Assembly (NCBI GenBank): GCA_019415525.1
Contig: DXZA01000081.1
Coordinates: 17,882-81,881, forward strand
Reading direction: 5' to 3'
Length of the DNA stretch: 64,000 nt
From: Tyzzerella sp.
GTDB taxonomy: Bacteria; Bacillota; Clostridia; Lachnospirales; Anaerotignaceae
Part shown: one piece after another, positions 59,379 through 64,000 of the stretch
Position numbering within the stretch: the first letter of the stretch is position 1
Layout: each line of letters opens with the position of its first letter
Made by a program: the position numbers and the translations under genes
The notes under the pieces: generated by a model
What the model was told of the DNA's origin: nothing
What the model saw: only the letters and a program-made list of their open reading frames with translations
Databases searched by the model: none

Positions 59379-59679
59379 ATTTTATATAAAATTCTGCAAA
59401 ATTAAGCATTATATAAGTAAAAACCCACATTCCTAATGATGTTGTAATTATTATAAAACACATAACAATACTTAAAAAATCAAATTTTATATCTTCATTT
59501 TTATGAAAATAACTGTTATATAAAACCTCTATTCCTAAAATTATTAAAAATACAGGTGAAAATTTCATAATATGCCATACACTAGACTGTGGAAAAAATG
59601 TAACAGCAAGCATATATATACCACAAGTAATAAGGCATATACCCATTGTAATACTTCCTACTCTCCTTATACCTGCCAT
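59377..59679 (-). CDS. small integral membrane protein (3-4 TM), unknown function
   Basis: 100-aa hydrophobic ORF, the last gene of the ECF sigma operon. Confidence 0.6.
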   Translation of the reverse strand: MAGIRRVGSITMGICLITCGIYMLAVTFFPQSSVWHIMKFSPVFLIILGIEVLYNSYFHKNEDIKFDFLSIVMCFIIITTSLGMWVFTYIMLNFAEFYIK

Positions 59680-59692
59680 AAAATATCACCTC

Positions 59693-60259
59693 TTATAATA
59701 TATCATCATCATCTTTTCCTGTATATTCTATATAATCTTTATCATCAGTATAATTTTTACCTTTAATGAGTCTTATACCTAATAATATTATAAATATTGA
59801 TATTAATACATCAGGTACAATACTTATTATACTGTGTATAAATCCAGCAACTATAGGATTTATACTATCCATAAGTCTGTAAAAAGGATATTCTATAGTT
59901 TTAAATATTGCAACACAACCAAAAATTATAAGTATAATACCTATAACTTTATTTTTATTACCTAATTTTTCAAAAATATCACCATTATCAAATATGCTAT
60001 TAAAAAATTTATCATCACATTCTTTTCTATAATCAAATGAGAAATGTTTCATATTATGAGTATCAAAAAATGAGTAAAACCATATTACAGGTAAAGCAAA
60101 AAGTAATACACTTAAATTTATACCTAAACCACCTGAAATAAAACTTATTCCCCAAAAAAGCCCCATTATAACAGCACCTTTTTTCATCATATTAAGATAC
60201 ATTTCTCCTGCTCCCGGTATAAAAGAAAAAATTAAAACTAAAAATCTACTTTTTTCCAT
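59693..60259 (-). CDS. integral membrane protein, unknown function
   Basis: 188 aa with N-terminal FIPGAGEMYLNMMKKG motif and several TM helices. Its start overlaps the anti-sigma gene stop. Confidence 0.65.
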   Translation of the reverse strand: MEKSRFLVLIFSFIPGAGEMYLNMMKKGAVIMGLFWGISFISGGLGINLSVLLFALPVIWFYSFFDTHNMKHFSFDYRKECDDKFFNSIFDNGDIFEKLGNKNKVIGIILIIFGCVAIFKTIEYPFYRLMDSINPIVAGFIHSIISIVPDVLISIFIILLGIRLIKGKNYTDDKDYIEYTGKDDDDIL

Positions 60260-60711
60260 TAATATTCATCTCCAATCTTATCAAATACAAATATACGTCT
60301 AACACTATCTGATATTTTTTCTATAAAACTTGTATTTTTATAATAAAATCTATCTGTATTTTCAACAACTGTATTTTTTGTAAAGCTTTCAACTTTATCA
60401 TTAAAATATGAAAATGTTCCTGTTGTCCAAAATATTAAGGCAAAACAAGCAGCTACTGCTACCGTTCCATATTTATTTACAAATATTCTTTTAATTCTCA
60501 TTTTTATTTTCGATATAACACTATCTGATACACTTTCTTCAATATCTATAAGAATATCATCTGATAACCTTTCTGTATAGGCAAGAAGACATTCATCACA
60601 AAAAGAAAGATGTTCAGATATTTCAAGTCTTTCAATTTCATTTGCTTTTTCATTTATAATCAAATCAAATGCATAATCCGTAAGATGTCCTTCACTGTTA
60701 AATAAATCCAT
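60259..60711 (-). CDS. anti-sigma factor (zinc-binding HxxxCxxC type) with one TM helix
   Basis: HLSFCDEC matches the ZAS motif. A TM segment (VAVAACFALIFW) is present, and the gene sits 1 nt after the sigma factor gene. Confidence 0.7.
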   Translation of the reverse strand: MDLFNSEGHLTDYAFDLIINEKANEIERLEISEHLSFCDECLLAYTERLSDDILIDIEESVSDSVISKIKMRIKRIFVNKYGTVAVAACFALIFWTTGTFSYFNDKVESFTKNTVVENTDRFYYKNTSFIEKISDSVRRIFVFDKIGDEY

Positions 60712-60712
60712 A

Positions 60713-61213
60713 CTACTCCTCCTTGTCTATATATTCCTTCAATATATTTTTAGCTCTAAAAATCTGAGTTTGAACAGTTTTTTTAGGTCTTTTAAGTATA
60801 ACAGAAATTTCATCAATACTTTTTTCTTCTAAAAAATACATAACAGAAACTTTATAATATGGTTCTTTCATATTAAGTATATATTTCTTTATATTTTCAG
60901 TACCTTCTTTAGATAATACAAGGGTTTCCGGCAAAGGCATAATACTTACCTTATCTTTAACAACATCATCTCCAACTACTATACGTCTATTATAGGCACT
61001 TTTAAGATAATCTTTTGCTTTATTTGTTGCTATTCTTGAAAGCCATGGCTTTATCTTTTCCATATTACAACTATCAATATGTGTATACGCAGAAATAAAA
61101 GTTTCTTGAGTAAGATTTTGTGCTTCCTGATAATCCTTTACAAACTGAAAACATATTGTAAAAATTAATTTCTCATATTTTTCTATTATATTTCTAAACT
61201 CCCTCTCCTTCAC
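60713..61213 (-). CDS. ECF-type RNA polymerase sigma factor
   Basis: Region 2 (AQNLTQETFISAY) and region 4 HTH (SIDEISVILKRPKKTVQTQIFRA). The GTG start lies 9 nt after GGGGGGTGA. Confidence 0.85.
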   Translation of the reverse strand: MKEREFRNIIEKYEKLIFTICFQFVKDYQEAQNLTQETFISAYTHIDSCNMEKIKPWLSRIATNKAKDYLKSAYNRRIVVGDDVVKDKVSIMPLPETLVLSKEGTENIKKYILNMKEPYYKVSVMYFLEEKSIDEISVILKRPKKTVQTQIFRAKNILKEYIDKEE

Positions 61214-61326
61214 AACCTGTACTCACCCCCCTTTTTTAAGCCGGTTTTTTATTGTTATATTTACAATACGACTTAATAAATTAATAGACTTCAAGTATTT
61301 ACAAATTTATTTATAAATATGGGGTT

Positions 61327-61353
61327 AAAAAAAATCGGACTTTTGTCCGATTT
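61327..61353 (-). terminator. intrinsic terminator after the metallophosphoesterase gene
   Basis: AATCGGAC/GTCCGATT hairpin followed by U8 on the minus strand. Confidence 0.8.
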
Positions 61354-61357
61354 AAAT

Positions 61358-62050
61358 TTAAAATATTTTAATAGGTGAAAAATTAATAAAATCAGCTGAT
61401 GTAAGAAAATAATTAACATCATTATACTTTCCATTTAATATATTTTTGAAGCTATTTTCTCCATGAAGATGTCCATAAATAACAGTTTTTATATTATATT
61501 CTTCAATTATTTTCATAAATTCCGAATATTCTTTTTTATCATTTACAGGTGGATAATGCAATACAAGTATAATATTATCTTTATAACCTTTTTTTATGGC
61601 ACTTTCTATTGATAAACGAACTCGTATAGCTTCTCGTTTATATAATTTCTCATCACTTTCCCTAAACATTGTATCATTAGGACATATCCAACCTCTTGAA
61701 CCACATATAGCATAATTTTCATATATAGCAAAATCATTTTTTACAAATGTAATATCCGGAAAAGCTTTTCTAATTTTTGAAGTTGAATTCCACCAATAAT
61801 CATGATTTCCTTGAAATACAATTTTTTTACCTTTAAGATTATTTATAAATTCTAAGTCCTTTTGTGCCTCATTAAGATTAAGTCCCCAAGATATATCTCC
61901 TGCAATAATAACTGTATCTTCATCAGAAACCACATTTTCCCAGTTAAGTTTAATTTTTTCCCAATGATTTTTCCATATATCACCGAATATATCCATTGGT
62001 TTTTCTTTAAAAAAACTCAAATGCAAGTCAGACAATGCATATAAACTCAT
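61358..62050 (-). CDS. calcineurin-like metallophosphoesterase
   Basis: SDLHL, AGDIS, GNHDYW and GHLHG motifs. Confidence 0.85.
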   Translation of the reverse strand: MSLYALSDLHLSFFKEKPMDIFGDIWKNHWEKIKLNWENVVSDEDTVIIAGDISWGLNLNEAQKDLEFINNLKGKKIVFQGNHDYWWNSTSKIRKAFPDITFVKNDFAIYENYAICGSRGWICPNDTMFRESDEKLYKREAIRVRLSIESAIKKGYKDNIILVLHYPPVNDKKEYSEFMKIIEEYNIKTVIYGHLHGENSFKNILNGKYNDVNYFLTSADFINFSPIKIF

Positions 62051-62059
62051 ATTCTACCT

Positions 62060-62857
62060 CTAAACTCTATAAATTTCAGCCATAATATTTAATTGCTGAT
62101 TAAATTCTTTTAATTTATCAATATCTCCTTCTTCCCATATATCAGAGAATTTTCTGTTTATTTCGTCCATTTCTTCAAGCTTTGCTTTAAAATATAAATT
62201 GTGTATATTTTCAATAATATCATTTACAAGATTACTTTTTATTTCATTCATTCTTTGAGCATTCATTATTTCTTCACGAATAGTTCCCATTTCTTCATCA
62301 AGTTTAAAAGCAGCCTCTGCACAATTTATAAGTCTTTGCTGTAAATCCATAGGTATATTACCACTATATTTATATTTAAGAGAATGTTCTGCAACAGCCC
62401 AAAAATTCATAGAAAGAGTTCTTATTTGTATTTCAGCAGGCACTTCAATATATCCCATAGCAGTATTAAGAGGATATCTTACAATAATATGATAGCTCCT
62501 ATAACCACTTGGTTTTGTATTTGTAATATAGTCTCTTTCTTCCTCTATAAAAAGGTCTCTACCATCTCTCTCACGAACAAGGTCTATAACCTTTTGTATA
62601 TCTTCAACAAACTGACAAAGTATTCTTATGCCTGCAATATCTTCTATCTTTTCTTTTATTTCTTCTGGAGATATTTTTTTCCTTGAAGCCTTTTCAAGTA
62701 TACTTGGTATTTTTTTAACTCTACCTGTTACCGCTTCAATAGGAGAATACATTCCCATAAGTCTATATTCATTTTTAATGCTTTCAAATTTTAATGTAAG
62801 CTCTTTTACGGCCTGTTCATAAGGAAAAAGCATTTCTTTTAAGTTGTATATTTCCAC
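62060..62857 (-). CDS. small alarmone synthetase (RelP/RelQ-type GTP pyrophosphokinase)
   Basis: Synthetase-only RSH core (DIAGIRI, GYRSYHIIV, EIQIRTLSMNFWA), 265 aa. Confidence 0.88.
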   Translation of the reverse strand: MEIYNLKEMLFPYEQAVKELTLKFESIKNEYRLMGMYSPIEAVTGRVKKIPSILEKASRKKISPEEIKEKIEDIAGIRILCQFVEDIQKVIDLVRERDGRDLFIEEERDYITNTKPSGYRSYHIIVRYPLNTAMGYIEVPAEIQIRTLSMNFWAVAEHSLKYKYSGNIPMDLQQRLINCAEAAFKLDEEMGTIREEIMNAQRMNEIKSNLVNDIIENIHNLYFKAKLEEMDEINRKFSDIWEEGDIDKLKEFNQQLNIMAEIYRV

Positions 62858-62946
62858 ATAATCACCCCGTATTATAATTTATATAATATTATTTTACTAT
62901 TTATAATATATTTTATCAAATAATAGTATGTAAATATATATGCAAT

Positions 62947-62977
62947 AAAAAAAGACGGATAAAAAATCCGCCTTTTT
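62947..62977 (-). terminator. intrinsic terminator after ptsI
   Basis: GGCGGAU/AUCCGUC stem followed by U7 on the minus strand. Confidence 0.8.
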
Positions 62978-62985
62978 ATTATATA

Positions 62986-64000
62986 TTAGTCAATAAGGGC
63001 TTTGATTTCAGCTATTGTACTCTTTGAGCATACAGCTTTAGCAAGCTCTTTACAATCTTCATATTTAAGATTTCTTACTTTATATCTTGAAGCAGCAATT
63101 TCTGTTGCAGCCATACTGAATTCATCAAGTCCCATACCAAGAAGTATTGGAAGTGCTTTTTCATCACTTGCGAATTCACCACACATACCAACCATCTTAC
63201 CATATTTATGACCAGCTTCAATAACTTTGCTGATTGCACGAAGTACAGCTGGGTGGAAAGAGTTGTACATTTTTGCAATTTTCTGATTTCCTCTATCTAC
63301 TGCAAGAAGATACTGTGTAAGGTCATTTGTACCAATACTGAAGAAATCAACTTCTTTAGCAAGGTCTTCTGCACAAATAACACCTGCTGGAGTTTCAATC
63401 ATGATACCTGTCTGAATGCTATCATTGAATGGAATATTATCTTTTCTAAGTTCATCTTTACATTCCTGAAGAACTTCATTTGCAGCTCTAAATTCTTCAA
63501 CAGATATAATCATTGGATACATAATTCTAACATCACCATAAGCACTTGCTCTTAATATAGCACGAAGCTGTGTTTTAAATACATCTTTAAGGTCAAGTGA
63601 TATTCTTATAGCTCTCCAACCAAGGAATGGATTTTCTTCTTTATCAAATTCATAATATGAAAGCTCTTTGTCACCACCAATGTCAAGAGTTCTTATAATC
63701 ATTGGGTGTTTAATTGTTTCAATAGCTTTTTTATAAGTTTCAAACTGTTCCTGTTCTGTTGGGAATTTTGTATTTTCCATGTAAAGGAACTCACTTCTGA
63801 AAAGACCAATACCTTCAGCACCTCTTGAAACAGCATTTTCAACATCTGCAATACTTCCTACGTTTGCAAAAAGTTCTACTGTTCTTCCATCAAGTGTTGT
63901 TGCTGGAAGGTCATTCATGCTTTCAAGTTCTGCTTTCATTTTTTTGTATTCTTCTGCTTTTTTAAGATATTCAACTTTTGTATCTTCATCAGGATTTACA
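62986..64000 (-). CDS. ptsI: phosphoenolpyruvate-protein phosphotransferase (PTS enzyme I), C-terminal part; the gene continues past the window end
   Basis: PEP-utilising TIM-barrel motifs (IGLFRSEFLY, TLDIGGDK, GMCGE). The reading frame stays open from 63940 to 64000. Confidence 0.92.
   Translation of the reverse strand, partial: VNPDEDTKVEYLKKAEEYKKMKAELESMNDLPATTLDGRTVELFANVGSIADVENAVSRGAEGIGLFRSEFLYMENTKFPTEQEQFETYKKAIETIKHPMIIRTLDIGGDKELSYYEFDKEENPFLGWRAIRISLDLKDVFKTQLRAILRASAYGDVRIMYPMIISVEEFRAANEVLQECKDELRKDNIPFNDSIQTGIMIETPAGVICAEDLAKEVDFFSIGTNDLTQYLLAVDRGNQKIAKMYNSFHPAVLRAISKVIEAGHKYGKMVGMCGEFASDEKALPILLGMGLDEFSMAATEIAASRYKVRNLKYEDCKELAKAVCSKSTIAEIKALID

Noticed and set aside
59266-59436. 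56-codon plus-strand ORF starting inside the 221-bp insert (MTMELVCLFLCLF...), considered as a possible type I toxin.
   Set aside because: It reads through three hairpins and the terminator into the convergent gene. Its hydrophobic stretch is only about 13 aa, too short for a TM helix. The track ORF at 59020-59205 (minus) is likewise an overlap artefact.
1-64000. Search by eye for tRNA or rRNA genes, CRISPR repeats, IS elements, prophage blocks, toxin-antitoxin pairs or defence-system gene clusters.
   Set aside because: None was recognised. Every ORF of 100 aa or more that I accept falls into a housekeeping or ordinary accessory family, or is a small membrane or hypothetical protein listed above.

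Overview
Strongly AT-rich chromosomal segment, coded almost entirely on the minus strand. It looks like an anaerobic, spore-forming low-GC Firmicute of Clostridia type, based on an alpha/beta SASP with a forespore-type promoter, NrdDG, Bcd-EtfBA and AddB. I call about 65 protein genes, nearly all housekeeping. In order: relA; a GH3 lipoprotein; ttcA-like, xer-like and Nudix genes; rbgA-lepB-rplS; apt-recJ; a GHL10 hydrolase; a six-gene polyamine operon (speD-speA-speE-speB-CANSDH-nspC); a PHP phosphoesterase; addB; ruvAB; SASP. Then a proB...proA operon interrupted by three membrane-protein genes and carrying a 5-FCL::ProA fusion; recN-argR-nadK-tlyA-yuiD-like-ispA-xseBA-nusB-asp23; an SNF transporter; dut; nrdDG; a DUF1540 gene plus a small C1q-like ORF; iscR-iscS-iscU; an XRE regulator. 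Finally bcd-etfBA plus a second acyl-CoA dehydrogenase; thpR; thrC; a ferredoxin-nitroreductase; ygiQ; an rsmF-like gene; a flavin reductase; a four-gene ECF sigma operon; a metallophosphoesterase; a small alarmone synthetase; and partial ptsI. I recognised no rRNA, tRNA, CRISPR array, IS element or prophage gene. I did not find a convincing new multi-gene system such as a defence island. The least explained signals are three GC-rich, hairpin-dense noncoding islands in otherwise AT-rich intergenic DNA. (1) A roughly 400-nt leader with its own terminator in front of the polyamine operon. (2) A roughly 255-nt leader with its own terminator in front of bcd-etfBA. (3) A 221-bp multi-hairpin insert flanked by perfect 24-nt direct repeats that duplicate a terminator between two convergent genes. 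Other points worth a second look are both spermidine routes in one operon, addB without an adjacent addA, the 5-FCL::ProA fusion, and several candidate operators. All functional calls rest on motifs read from the translations and on remembered family knowledge. No database search was run.
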